A DNA stretch of 63,909 nucleotides, the filler included, from Candidatus Fermentibacterota bacterium (lineage in GTDB: Bacteria > JAFGKV01), in NCBI GenBank assembly GCA_016928395.1. It is 6 parts of 6 records of this genome, joined end to end, with 100 filler letters (N's around TTAATTAATTAA, not from the genome) between each part and the next. Parts side by side here need not be neighbours in the genome. Positions count along the whole stretch, not along the records: positions 1 to 13,649 come from JAFGKV010000217.1; 5 more parts are not named here. One strand, given 5' to 3'. Position numbers and translations under genes: made by a program. The notes below the pieces were generated by a model. That model saw only the letters and a program-made list of their open reading frames with translations, ran no database searches and was not told where the DNA came from. Positions 1 to 9,565 of the stretch are shown here, one piece after another. Every line of letters starts with the position of its first letter. The stretch's first letter is position 1.

Positions 1-1
1 A

Positions 2-1456
2 GTTCGCGGTCAGGCGGTGGCAACTTTCGGCGTCGCAGACGGAATCCGGGGGGAGGCGGCGTCTTCCTCCGGCCGAGGCGTCTATGGGGTGAACACCGCG
101 ACGACCGGGCTAGCATACGGCGTGTATGGCCTGAGCAGCTCCACAGGAGGTGGCGCCGGCGTTGTGGGGAAAGCTCCCGAGTACGGGGTGATCGGCGAGG
201 CTTTGGGGACCGTAGACTTCAGTCGCGGCGTCTGGGGCTATGCCTCCGCCACCGCCGGACAGACTTGCGGGATATACGGAGAGAGCGGGTCAACGGGCGG
301 CAGGGGAGTGTACGGCAGGGCCTCCGCCACCACCGGCACCACTTACGGGGGCAGGTTTGAAAGCGCTTCCACCTCGGGGACGGGCATGTACGGCCACGCC
401 TCAGCCGGCAGCGGTCCCACCTACGGGGGTAGTTTCACAAGCGCTTCCACTTCCGGCACGGGCGTCTTCGGCTATGCCTCCACCACCACGGGCTATACCT
501 GCGGCGTGTATGGCCTGAGCGCGTCCGCCGATGGCATGGGCATCTGCGGACTGGCCTCCGCCACCTCGGGCTACACCTACGGAGGTTGGTTTGAGAGTTC
601 CTCCGGTCAGGGCCGAGGCGTGTACGGCCACGCCTCAGCCGGCAGCGGTCCCACCTACGGCGTATACGGCGAAAGCGACTCCACCTCCGGCAGGGGGGTG
701 GAGGGCGTTGCCAATGCCACCCGCGGTACGACGTGTGGGGTGTATGGGCTGACTTACTCCTGTTATGGCAATGGGGTGGAGGGCGTTGCCTCAGCCGACA
801 GCGGCAGCACCGCCGGGGTGAGAGGGCTAAGCCTATCCCCCATCGGCTTCGGCGTTCTCGGTAATGCCACCAGCACCTTGGGCCCCGCCGCCGGGGTGTA
901 TGGGATATCCTACTCCACCTCCGGCTATGGCGTCTACTCCTCGGGCAACTTCGCGGCCTCCGGTACGAAGAGCTGCGTGGTGAAGACGTCGCAGGGGCCG
1001 ACCCTCATGTACTGCCAAGAGAGCCCCGAGAACTGGTTCGAGGACTTCGGGGAAGGGCAGTTGGTCAATGGGAGGGCTCACATCGAGCTAGACCCTGTGT
1101 TCCTGGAGACGGTGACGGTCGACGCGGATCATCCCATGCAAGTCTTCTTGCAGCCCTACGATGAGCAGTGCGTGGGGCTCGCAGCCAAGCGTGGTATGAC
1201 AGGATTCGACGTTGCGAATCCCCTCGACCCGTCAGCATCAGGGGGATTCGGCTACCGCGTCGTCGCCAAGCGTAAGGGGTTCGAGGAGAAGCGCCTGGAC
1301 GTATGTGAAGCGGCGCGGACAGACTCCTATCTCTACCCCGAACTTCGGGAGAGGGAGTTGCAGGAACTCGAGGCGGCGCGAAGTCGCGTGGAGCAGGAGC
1401 GTGCGTGGACAGAAGAGGCGCGGGAGGAACGCGCGGCATCGGAGCCGCAACGCTGA
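2..1456 (+). CDS. Gly/Ser/Thr-rich repeat protein (26-aa GVYG repeats, beta-helix/fibre-like) with C-terminal ESPENWFEDFG chaperone-like domain and charged coiled-coil tail; 5' truncated
   Basis: Frame is open to the window edge. Repeated GVYGxASATxGxTYGVYGxSxSxxG units; exact 40-bp DNA repeat at 387-426 and 621-660 (offset 234 = 3x78 bp). Confidence 0.75.
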   Translation, partial: VRGQAVATFGVADGIRGEAASSSGRGVYGVNTATTGLAYGVYGLSSSTGGGAGVVGKAPEYGVIGEALGTVDFSRGVWGYASATAGQTCGIYGESGSTGGRGVYGRASATTGTTYGGRFESASTSGTGMYGHASAGSGPTYGGSFTSASTSGTGVFGYASTTTGYTCGVYGLSASADGMGICGLASATSGYTYGGWFESSSGQGRGVYGHASAGSGPTYGVYGESDSTSGRGVEGVANATRGTTCGVYGLTYSCYGNGVEGVASADSGSTAGVRGLSLSPIGFGVLGNATSTLGPAAGVYGISYSTSGYGVYSSGNFAASGTKSCVVKTSQGPTLMYCQESPENWFEDFGEGQLVNGRAHIELDPVFLETVTVDADHPMQVFLQPYDEQCVGLAAKRGMTGFDVANPLDPSASGGFGYRVVAKRKGFEEKRLDVCEAARTDSYLYPELRERELQELEAARSRVEQERAWTEEAREERAASEPQR

Positions 1457-1587
1457 GTGAGGCGGGAAATGTGAAGGAGTGAAAAATGAGGGGGTGGAGA
1501 GGGAGGCGATAGGCGGCGGAGGCCGCCGTAAGCCCGAAGTACGAAGCGCGCAACCCGAGGCGAACGAGATCACGACCGAAGCCAGAT

Positions 1588-1621
1588 GAGGGGACTATTC
1601 TAATATTAGAATAGTCCCCTC
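1588..1621. repeat. Perfect 34-bp palindrome GAGGGGACTATTCTAATATTAGAATAGTCCCCTC
   Basis: Self-reverse-complementary; related copies at 15686-15711 and 53395-53418. Confidence 0.9.
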
Positions 1622-1715
1622 TTGGCGTCTTTGGAGACCCTGGGTGTCAATTCTAGCGCGGCATTCATACGACATCGACGACGAATGCGAAGTATCTCAT
1701 GCGCCGGACACTCCG

Positions 1716-1807
1716 GTCATCGCGAGGACCTGCGCCGTCAGGCGCGGGGTCGCGGCGATCTCCCCTGCGTCCGGGATTGCCTCGTCCTCGGGCGGACTCG
1801 CAATGAC
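1716..1807. repeat. Palindromic element GTCATCGCGAG...CTCGCAATGAC (RPE-like repeat type)
   Basis: 11-bp terminal inverted arms with one mismatch and an internal GCGATCTCCC/GGGATTGC stem; lies between convergent genes. Confidence 0.6.
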
Positions 1808-1857
1808 AATCGCACACCTACGGCATCCTTCGCACTATGAAGGATGCCAAAATGGTA

Positions 1858-3792
1858 TTAGTCAGTCCGCACCAGCCGCAGCGATCTGCCGGCTTCGTCG
1901 CGAATCACGTAGGTGCCCAAAGCGGTCAGCCGTGCGGCAGAATCCTTTCCATCCCATGTGGCGACGCCATCAACGGGCCGCAGTGTCCGGACGAGACGGC
2001 CCGCAATGTCGTAGACGCACAGCTTCACCGCTGTCTCGCTCGGGACGTTCCACCGGATCTGTGCACTGGAGGTAAATGGATTGGGGCATGCCGCGATACT
2101 CAGGTTGAGCGCCGGGATCGTTGGCGCGTCTCCGCTCATACCCACCATACGCATGAGGGTTGCACGCACTTCGGGCTCCAGCTCATTGATGTCAACGAGC
2201 CTATAGGCCATGGCTGCCAGATATGGCCCCGCGGCGCTGGGATCACCGCCATTGGCGATGAGTGTCCAGAGCAGCGCGATGTAGGTGTCCAGGATCGACC
2301 CTGCCCTGTCAGCCAGTACGCCGGACATGGCAGCCATCTCGTCTCCATCCGTGGTGCCCAGCGTCGCGAAGTACTCCGCCGATGCCTCCCATCCGAGTTG
2401 TGTCCAGAACATGCCGTCCCCGAACGCCGACGCCAAGAATGTGATAGTCTGCTCGAGGTCGCCGCCGGCATACTGAAAGACCTCATAGAACCAGGCGCTG
2501 AAGGTGTGCACCGTCATGTCGCCCTGCACCGAGTCGAAGGCCGCCATGCCGAACACGGGGGTCCAATCCTCCGGCCACCCTTGCGACAACCCGGGATCGT
2601 ACGACACACCGGCCAGACGGTCGATGCTCTGGTAGAATGCAGCAGCCCTGATCTCGTCTTCCGGCGGAATCGGGCCACGCGGTGAGTAGGAGATGAGCAC
2701 ATACGGCCCGCCCGAGGTATTCTCGACCGCCTGTTGGAACGTGGCCAAGTCAACGACCACGTCAGCGCCACGCTTCTCAGGTTCTGGCATGCCGGGTTCG
2801 ATGAACTCCAGCCCGACGCCGGGATCGTTGATCACCCCCGCGGAGTCGGCGTACCCGGTAACCACGATCGCATGGCCTCCGTGCAGGCCGTTCTCCCGCA
2901 GGACATCATAGTCTGGTTGCGGGAGGTAGTACGGATCCACACTGGTGACCGTGGGGAGCCCGGCATCCACCCGCGCAGAAAGCTCAGTCAGGTAGGCGGC
3001 CCACGAACCCAGGAACTCGAAATCGGTGTTCAGGTTGCGAATCGTGCCCGCACAATCATAGTCGCTCTCGGTCTGGCAGATGAAGAGCCCTCCCGGGACG
3101 TAGAAACGGTCGTCGATGGCCAGGGCCGAGTGGGGCGCCGAGGTAAACTCCACGGTTTCATAGAGGGTGTGGTCGCACCCCAGGAAGTTGAACTGCATAG
3201 TGAGAGCCGCGTAGTTGCAGTAGCCGTTGACCACCTGCCAGACCCAGGGCACGTCGTCCCGGAGCACAACGGCGATGGTGGCCCGGTTGTCGTCTTCGTC
3301 GCTTTCGATGATCTCATCGGAGGGATCAACGACGGCGTAGAGGACTCCCGAGCCCGTGAAACCCTCCCATTGGGTCGAGTCGCGGGTCACCGCGCCGGAC
3401 GCCAGCGAGGGAATCACGACATCAGCACCGATCTGCCCGCCCCCGCCGTCGGGATCCCCAAGGTAGAAGCGGACCAGGAGATCACACAGGTCATTGGTGC
3501 CGGAATTCGCGATCTCTGCGACAACGTAGTACCCGCGTTCGGCGTTGAAATCACTCGCCAGGTCGAGTGATGCGGCGACGGCGTTGGACCCATGCGAGGT
3601 CACCGGGCAATGGTTCGGGGGTGTCTTCACCGCGGGAACGCGGGCCACCGGGGATTCGGGAATGCCCCACGGCATGATCGTGTGACGAACCGGCACTGTG
3701 ACCGCGGGACGGTGTCGGGGAAACTGGGGCGTGGCGCCCGCCATCGCGGGCAGAACGAGTGCGCACACCAGGGTGTGAGACCATCGATTCAT
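1858..3792 (-). CDS. Secreted CARDB + BtrH/C39-like papain-fold protein with C-terminal FlgD/T9SS-type sorting domain
   Basis: GGAGGAGG RBS before ATG at 3792; signal peptide; CARDB motif (VVDPSDEIIESDEDDN); GYCNYAAL, DPYYLP, GHAIVVTGY and INDPG; tail CPNPF...VYDIAGRLVRTL. Confidence 0.7.
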   Translation of the reverse strand: MNRWSHTLVCALVLPAMAGATPQFPRHRPAVTVPVRHTIMPWGIPESPVARVPAVKTPPNHCPVTSHGSNAVAASLDLASDFNAERGYYVVAEIANSGTNDLCDLLVRFYLGDPDGGGGQIGADVVIPSLASGAVTRDSTQWEGFTGSGVLYAVVDPSDEIIESDEDDNRATIAVVLRDDVPWVWQVVNGYCNYAALTMQFNFLGCDHTLYETVEFTSAPHSALAIDDRFYVPGGLFICQTESDYDCAGTIRNLNTDFEFLGSWAAYLTELSARVDAGLPTVTSVDPYYLPQPDYDVLRENGLHGGHAIVVTGYADSAGVINDPGVGLEFIEPGMPEPEKRGADVVVDLATFQQAVENTSGGPYVLISYSPRGPIPPEDEIRAAAFYQSIDRLAGVSYDPGLSQGWPEDWTPVFGMAAFDSVQGDMTVHTFSAWFYEVFQYAGGDLEQTITFLASAFGDGMFWTQLGWEASAEYFATLGTTDGDEMAAMSGVLADRAGSILDTYIALLWTLIANGGDPSAAGPYLAAMAYRLVDINELEPEVRATLMRMVGMSGDAPTIPALNLSIAACPNPFTSSAQIRWNVPSETAVKLCVYDIAGRLVRTLRPVDGVATWDGKDSAARLTALGTYVIRDEAGRSLRLVRTD

Positions 3793-4042
3793 GAGAGACC
3801 TCCTCCACAAGGGAGTGACACGATGCGCAGACAGCATACAGACATTCGCAACTGGCAAAAACAAGTCCGATCACTGAGGGCCATATCCCTTCTACCATTG
3901 GGCCCAGCCTCGTATTCCCGAGCACCGTTCGAGGATCCGGGTCTGTCTTCCTCTGAGGACGCGAGCGCTCGCGGTTGCGGGGGAGCACCGTTCCCGTGTA
4001 CCATGGCAGGGCCCGCATGTGTTGAGTCGACCAAGGAGCTGC

Positions 4043-4825
4043 ATGATGGATCCGCTTGCGCTGAGTGATATGATCCTGATCGTCCTCGCGGCCGTGGCCG
4101 GGGGCGCGGTGAACGCTATCGCCGGAGGCGGCACCCTCATCACGTTCCCGATGCTCACCGCAGTAGGCATCCCGGCCGTTGCCGCTAACATAACCAACAC
4201 CGTAGCCCTCTCTCCAGGTTACCTTGGCGGCACTCTTGCCCAGCGCACCGACCTCCGCGGTCAGCGCCGCCGCCTCTGGCGGCTGCTGCCGGCCGGCGCC
4301 ATCGGCGGCATCATCGGTGGCCTGCTTCTGTTGGCCAGCGGTGAGCGCCTGTTTCGGGGTCTGGTCCCCTATCTGATCCTTCTGGCATGCGGGCTGCTGG
4401 CCTTCCAGGGGCGGGTGCGCGGGTGGGTCGCGCAGCAATCCGGCAGGGCACGACGAGCCGGAGAGGGTGGCGAGGTGGGCTGGCTGTCCACACTCCCCGT
4501 GCTCGGCGCGGCGGTCTACGGCGGCTACTTCGGCGCGGGCTTGAGCGTCATCGTGCTGGCGGTGCTGGGCCTCGTGGTCGATGACAATCTCACCCGGCTC
4601 AATGCTCTGAAGCAGGGCATCGCCTTCGCGGTCAACATCGCCGCCGCCGTGTTCTTTGTGTGTTCAGGGAAGGTGGTCTGGCCGGCGGCGGCCATCATGG
4701 CCGGCGGCGCCCTGGTCGGCGGCGTACTGGGTGGCCGCCTCGCGGGGCGGGTTCGTCCCGAACTCCTGCGCCGCATGGTGGTGGCCATCGGCCTGGGAGT
4801 CGCGCTGATCTACTTCCTGCGCTAG
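4043..4825 (+). CDS. Sulfite exporter TauE/SafE family membrane protein
   Basis: [16 protein letters not shown] and YGGYFGAG motifs; many TM segments; AAGGAG RBS. Confidence 0.88.
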   Translation: MMDPLALSDMILIVLAAVAGGAVNAIAGGGTLITFPMLTAVGIPAVAANITNTVALSPGYLGGTLAQRTDLRGQRRRLWRLLPAGAIGGIIGGLLLLASGERLFRGLVPYLILLACGLLAFQGRVRGWVAQQSGRARRAGEGGEVGWLSTLPVLGAAVYGGYFGAGLSVIVLAVLGLVVDDNLTRLNALKQGIAFAVNIAAAVFFVCSGKVVWPAAAIMAGGALVGGVLGGRLAGRVRPELLRRMVVAIGLGVALIYFLR

Positions 4826-4856
4826 GGATCCGCACACCCATCGCCCCGGCACCGCG

Positions 4857-5565
4857 TCAGCGATCCTCAACTGGATCATGGGCGGTGGTTGTGGCCAGAA
4901 GATCCACGGCCGCGATAGATGCGGCCCGATAGATGAGCTCTAGCGTGTCCATGAGGGGTGGGCTGGAACGCCAGAAGGGAAATGCGCCCAGGCGGCGGGG
5001 CAGCGCCGCGGAAAGGGTCGTAGGGGGAAAGCCACCCACGACGTCTGCGTCGCCGCCGGAGCTCCCCCAGAATGCGGCTGCATCTGTTGGCAGCGGCTCG
5101 GGCGGCGGGCTCGCGCACGGCGTCTCTTCTGCCAAAGCTGCTGGCTCCGCTTTTCGCGACCTGCCGCTCGTCTTCCTTTCCCTCGGCGGCGCCAGCGTGA
5201 CCTCACTGAGCTTCGCCATGAGGCTCTCACGACTGAGACCTCGCAGCGTGAAGATGAGGAAAGGATCCTATTCGAACTCCTCACCCAGAAGGTAGAACAT
5301 TGCGGCGATGTGTTTGCGGGAGGTCGGCCACTTCAGGCATGACCAGGAGGTCTCCGGATCAAACACCCGGGAGGGGAGCAGGGAGAGCCCCGCCGCGGCT
5401 GCTACCTCCGTACTCTCCGCCTGCCTCGCCGCAGAAGAGGTGGAGACGACCGTCACCAAACTCCTTCGCCGTGCGGCGAACTCTTCTCCCAGGCGCGGTT
5501 TCCCCGCGCTCGGCCCAGATGGCAAGCCGCCTGTCAAGGAGCCCCGCGTGGAGTATGGTGATCAT
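4857..5565 (-). pseudogene. Collapsed remnant: start of a SNF2-type helicase followed by a decayed SWIM zinc-finger gene
   Basis: MITILHAGLLDRRLAIWAE at 5565, then SWSCLKWPTSRKHIAAMFYLLGEEFE*DPFLIFTLRG with in-frame TAG at 5268-5270 and lost Cys ligands; frame continues to 4857. Confidence 0.7.
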
Positions 5566-6074
5566 CTTTGTGAACCGTAGACCGTATGCGGGAACTTCCC
5601 GCCGGCGAAGCGGACGGTTCTGCGCGCTTCCTCCACATCCGCGTCGGCATACGCATCCACTACCTCCGCAACCCACAGGGTCTTGTCTCCCGTCACGAGC
5701 CCGTGCACGACGCGGCACTCGACATGGGCCACGCACTCGCCGATGATCGGCGCCTTGACGCGGCGGGCCGGCATCGGGGTCGATCCAGTCTCCTTGAACT
5801 TGTCGACGTCTCTGCCCGAGTGAACCCCACAGTAGTAGATCTGGCGAGCCATCTCTTCGGTTGGAACATTGACGACGAACTCCCTGGATTCCCGGATGAG
5901 CTCGCAGGAGTGCATGCCCGTGCCGATGGCACAGGCGACCATGGGCGGCTCTTTGGAGACCGGCATGCAGAAGCTCACGGCGATGATATTCGCGCGTCCC
6001 GGCTCACCGCAGGTTACCAGATAGTGGCGCATCGGCCAGAAGTACTTCAGATAGTCTGTCTCGATCTTGGCCAT
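5562..6074 (-). CDS. Flavin reductase family protein (DIM6/NTAB-like)
   Basis: PPMVACAI, EFVVNVP, SGRDVDKF, APIIGEC and GDKTLWVAEV motifs. Confidence 0.88.
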   Translation of the reverse strand: MAKIETDYLKYFWPMRHYLVTCGEPGRANIIAVSFCMPVSKEPPMVACAIGTGMHSCELIRESREFVVNVPTEEMARQIYYCGVHSGRDVDKFKETGSTPMPARRVKAPIIGECVAHVECRVVHGLVTGDKTLWVAEVVDAYADADVEEARRTVRFAGGKFPHTVYGSQR

Positions 6075-6103
6075 GGAAGCACCCTTTCGGGGCAGGCCGC
6101 TTC

Positions 6104-7867
6104 TCACGGCGACCCTGCGGTGGTGGCAGTCACGCGGTAGAATCGCATGGGAGAAAGCGCGGCGCCTCCATCGACAAACATGGTATCCGCGGTCGCGCCC
6201 AACTCGCCAAAGCTCCCGTGGGGTTCGCCGGACCAGTAGATCGTATAGGCATCCGCATTGGGGACCCGGGGCCACGACAGCACCGCATCCGCGCCCACGA
6301 CGCGAACACTGACGGCGGGACGCCGGGCATAGCGGTGGTCGAGCAGGGCCTGGTACTTGGGCGCGATGGGATAGTAGGGCGGAAACTGGAAGAACTGATT
6401 CTCCAATGCTCCCCAGCTGCCATACCGACCGCTCAAGCCGCTGATGAAGCTGTAGTGGGTCGCCAGCGACTGGCTGTCGATGGCTCGCACGGTATCCAGG
6501 AGCTCGCAGTAGAACTCGTACATCTCTGGATCGGTTTGCACATCCTCCAAGACCTGGTTGTAGGGCTGGATGCTGCCGAAGGGATTGGGCGTAAAATGCT
6601 GCCCTCCCTCGTAGTAGAGAAGCGCCAGGGCATTGGCGTCCGCGATGGCCTTGTTGCCCCGTAGGAAGTAGGACAGATCCCCCCGCAGCTCCTCGTATGC
6701 CAGGTCGAAGACCTTGTCTGCGGTCAAGCCGGCGCCATAGTAGTCGAGCGAATCGCCGTTCAAACCCACGTACCAGGTGGCTGCCAATGCATCCACCAGT
6801 GCGGGATCAACATGGTCGAGAATCCGGTCGACGATGTCCAGGTAGTACGTCTGGGAGCCGACAACTCGAACGAGCCTGTGCGTCTGCCCTGAGAAGGCCC
6901 CGGTCCAGATGGCCATGACCTCCTCGATCCGTGGGCCCAGCCGCTCAGGCCAGGGGAGGCTCTGGTCCAGCGAATCAAGGCCCCAGTGGGCCTGGGTGAA
7001 CATCCAGTTCCAGAGTTCGTTGGAGTATTCGACAAAGACCGTTCGATCAGTTTCCAGGCTGTCTCTGAAGAGGGTCGCCAAATTGAAGACATACGCGCTG
7101 TCGGCCAGATGCGGGACGCACACCCAGGGATCGGCATCCATGTCATTGCAGAGGCGAACCATCCAATCATAGGGAATCCCGTTGATAGTGTAGGTATAGT
7201 CATCGACTTTTGGTCTCTGCGACCACGTACGCATGGTTGAGTTGTTGGTGGAGCCCCAATCCATGAACCGCACGACGGTGAAGGGCTCCAGCTTCTCCTT
7301 CCACTCCCCGGACCACGGATCATCCTCATGGGTGTATTCCGTGCCCGGCAGGAGGAACCGGATGTTCCTGACGTGATTGCCGAGGGTCGAACTCAGGATT
7401 TCCATTTTCATGATGCCGGCACTAGGCTGAACCGTCACCTCCAGCCGGCCAGACGCCTGCGCGGTGATTTCCGCATCGAAATCGAAATCGAACTCCCCCT
7501 GGCCGTCATAGAGCAGGACATAGATGCCCTGGGGCAGGCTCAGCGTATTGGTCCATACGGAGAAGACCGCCTGCGAGGTATCGGCATCGGGATGGTCGGT
7601 CTCAAAAGGCAATTCCAGAGGATAGCCATCATCATCGACGGGAATGGAGTCGATCAGCCCGGTATCCCACACATTCTGCCCGCCAGGATACCACATGATA
7701 TTGCAGGTGCCCCATGACCTCCCAAGCTTCATGATGTTCGCGAAGGCGTAGTCGCTCGTCCAGTCCCTGGGTCCCGATAGGTTCATTCCGATCTCCAGGT
7801 CGGCGTGCGCCAGCTCACGTGCCGCGACACAACACATCACCACGAAAAGGGCCCGGTGTCTGTTCAT
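6104..7867 (-). CDS. Secreted glycoside-hydrolase-like (cellulose-binding family) protein with C-terminal Fn3-like tail
   Basis: Signal peptide; GMNL..DW, RFMDW..TN, PWVCVPH, VEYSNELWN and YEGGQH motifs; RBS before ATG at 7867. Confidence 0.65.
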   Translation of the reverse strand: MNRHRALFVVMCCVAARELAHADLEIGMNLSGPRDWTSDYAFANIMKLGRSWGTCNIMWYPGGQNVWDTGLIDSIPVDDDGYPLELPFETDHPDADTSQAVFSVWTNTLSLPQGIYVLLYDGQGEFDFDFDAEITAQASGRLEVTVQPSAGIMKMEILSSTLGNHVRNIRFLLPGTEYTHEDDPWSGEWKEKLEPFTVVRFMDWGSTNNSTMRTWSQRPKVDDYTYTINGIPYDWMVRLCNDMDADPWVCVPHLADSAYVFNLATLFRDSLETDRTVFVEYSNELWNWMFTQAHWGLDSLDQSLPWPERLGPRIEEVMAIWTGAFSGQTHRLVRVVGSQTYYLDIVDRILDHVDPALVDALAATWYVGLNGDSLDYYGAGLTADKVFDLAYEELRGDLSYFLRGNKAIADANALALLYYEGGQHFTPNPFGSIQPYNQVLEDVQTDPEMYEFYCELLDTVRAIDSQSLATHYSFISGLSGRYGSWGALENQFFQFPPYYPIAPKYQALLDHRYARRPAVSVRVVGADAVLSWPRVPNADAYTIYWSGEPHGSFGELGATADTMFVDGGAALSPMRFYRVTATTAGSP

Positions 7868-8205
7868 GATGCTCCCTTGACAGATAAGCCGGTCATCGTG
7901 CATGCCCCGTCGCCTCAATACGATGGATCACCTCGGAATGGAACGCACTCAGACAACGAAAGACAAGAGCCTTCCTGGGGCACATGTGCTCGGCGGCGAC
8001 GGTTTCCGGCGGCGCGCCTGCCGTCTCGACCGGGCACGAGATCCCTCTTCTATGCCATTGCACTGTCGACCCAGGCCCTGCCCTACGCGGGTGGCCGGGA
8101 ACACGGATTCCCCCAGGCAGGGTGATTTGCACGGCTTTTGTCGCGCGCGTGACGCGCGCGGATCACACGCCGGCTGAGTGCGCATGAGCCATAGAGGACG
8201 ATGCA

Positions 8206-8226
8206 TATATATGACAGGTCCTATAC
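8206..8226. promoter_or_regulatory. Putative PadR-family operator (second copy)
   Basis: TATATATGACAGGTCCTATAC matches 20/21 nt of 38593-38613 upstream of the PadR gene. Confidence 0.65.
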
Positions 8227-8424
8227 TTCCAGCAACGTGATTTCCGCCAGACTTCTCCTCATCAAGACCGCCATAGGCTCATCGTTCGACCCGCACGAAG
8301 CGAGCCCGCAGGCGACATGCAGCGTGCGGATAGCGACGGATCGTCGACCTTGTCCCATGGTGAGCTCACACCCTCATTCACGGGCAATCCCGCACTGAGG
8401 ATACGTACCGTCAGGAGGTTCGCC

Positions 8425-9474
8425 GTGAAGCGCTCGATTCTGCCCCTTGTTCTTGCCTTTGCCCTGGCGCCCGAACCCTGCGTTGGTTGCACCAGTTTTG
8501 CCTTCGGTGACAGCGCGCGGATCGTGGCAAAGAACTATGACTGGAATGTCGGCGTCGGCCTGGTAATCGTGAACCAGCGGGGCGTGGAGAAGCCCTTCAG
8601 CCTCGCGCCAGTGCCGGGCAGCCCGACATGGACATCGCGCTACGGGAGCGTGACCTTCACCCAGTACGGGCGGGATCTGCCGCAAGGGGGTATGAACGAG
8701 CAAGGGCTGGTGGTGGAAGTGCTCTGGCTGGAAGGCACCTCGTATCCTCCGGATGATGACCGCCTGGACATTGGGTGCTCCCAGTGGGTTCAGTACGCTC
8801 TGGATACCGCAGCCACCGTGGCCGAGGCCCGAGGCGTCCTTGACTCCGTACAGATCCGGTCGACGGTTCCCCTTCACTTCTTCGTCGCAGATCGGCATGG
8901 TGACGCCGCATCCCTGGAGTTCCTCAAGGGCGCCGAGATCGGGCACTGCGGTGCTGACATGCCGGTTCAGGTCTTGACCAATACACCCTACGCAACGGCC
9001 CTGGTCTATCATCGGGCGCGCATGGACGGGTCAGTGGAGGAGGAGCCCGACGACAGCGGATCCCAAAACCGCTTCGTGCGGGCCGCAACCATGATCCAAG
9101 GCTATGCGGGCTCGGGCGATCCTGTCGACTATGCCTTTCAGATTCTGGAGGCCGTCGCCCATCCGGAATTCACGCAATGGAGCATCGTGTACGATCAGAC
9201 CGGCCGCACGGTCTACTTTCGCACCCGCGAAATGCCAACCCGCCGGGTCGTTGTGATGGATTGCATAGACTTCACCTGCACCACGCCTGTCGCGATGATG
9301 TCCGTCGACGCCCCGCCTGGCGATCACGGTGTCGAATGGCGACCCTACACGCGGGAGGCCAACCTTGACCTCATCCGCCGCGCCTATGCCGCGACACCGT
9401 TCCTGAGTAGCCTCTCTGACTCGATCCGCGCCATGGTCGCCTCGTATCCCGATCGTTCCCGATGCATGCAGTGA
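8425..9474 (+). CDS. Linear amide C-N hydrolase (choloylglycine hydrolase/penicillin V acylase-like Ntn hydrolase), secreted
   Basis: AGGAGG RBS and GTG; signal peptide then catalytic CTSF; KNYDW, GGMNEQGL, LTN, RFVRA and TQWSIVYD. Confidence 0.88.
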   Translation: MKRSILPLVLAFALAPEPCVGCTSFAFGDSARIVAKNYDWNVGVGLVIVNQRGVEKPFSLAPVPGSPTWTSRYGSVTFTQYGRDLPQGGMNEQGLVVEVLWLEGTSYPPDDDRLDIGCSQWVQYALDTAATVAEARGVLDSVQIRSTVPLHFFVADRHGDAASLEFLKGAEIGHCGADMPVQVLTNTPYATALVYHRARMDGSVEEEPDDSGSQNRFVRAATMIQGYAGSGDPVDYAFQILEAVAHPEFTQWSIVYDQTGRTVYFRTREMPTRRVVVMDCIDFTCTTPVAMMSVDAPPGDHGVEWRPYTREANLDLIRRAYAATPFLSSLSDSIRAMVASYPDRSRCMQ

Positions 9475-9522
9475 ACCCATGACTCTGTGTCAACGATGCC
9501 GGGCCGATCACCATGCAGCATC

Positions 9523-9551
9523 CGGCGCCGTGGGCATACGCCACGGCGCCG
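9523..9551. terminator. GC-rich hairpin between convergent genes (possible bidirectional terminator)
   Basis: CGGCGCCGTGG/CCACGGCGCCG 11-bp stem with 7-nt loop; no clear U-tract. Confidence 0.4.
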
Positions 9552-9565
9552 CAGGAGGATACCCG

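Noticed and set aside
387-660. Internal repeats as a DGR template/variable pair
   Set aside because: The copies are identical, in frame and periodic, with no adenine-specific mismatches and no reverse transcriptase.
5268-5270. In-frame TAG as pyrrolysine or recoding
   Set aside because: Neighbouring SWIM cysteines are also lost and TAG ends many intact genes here, so pseudogenisation is simpler.
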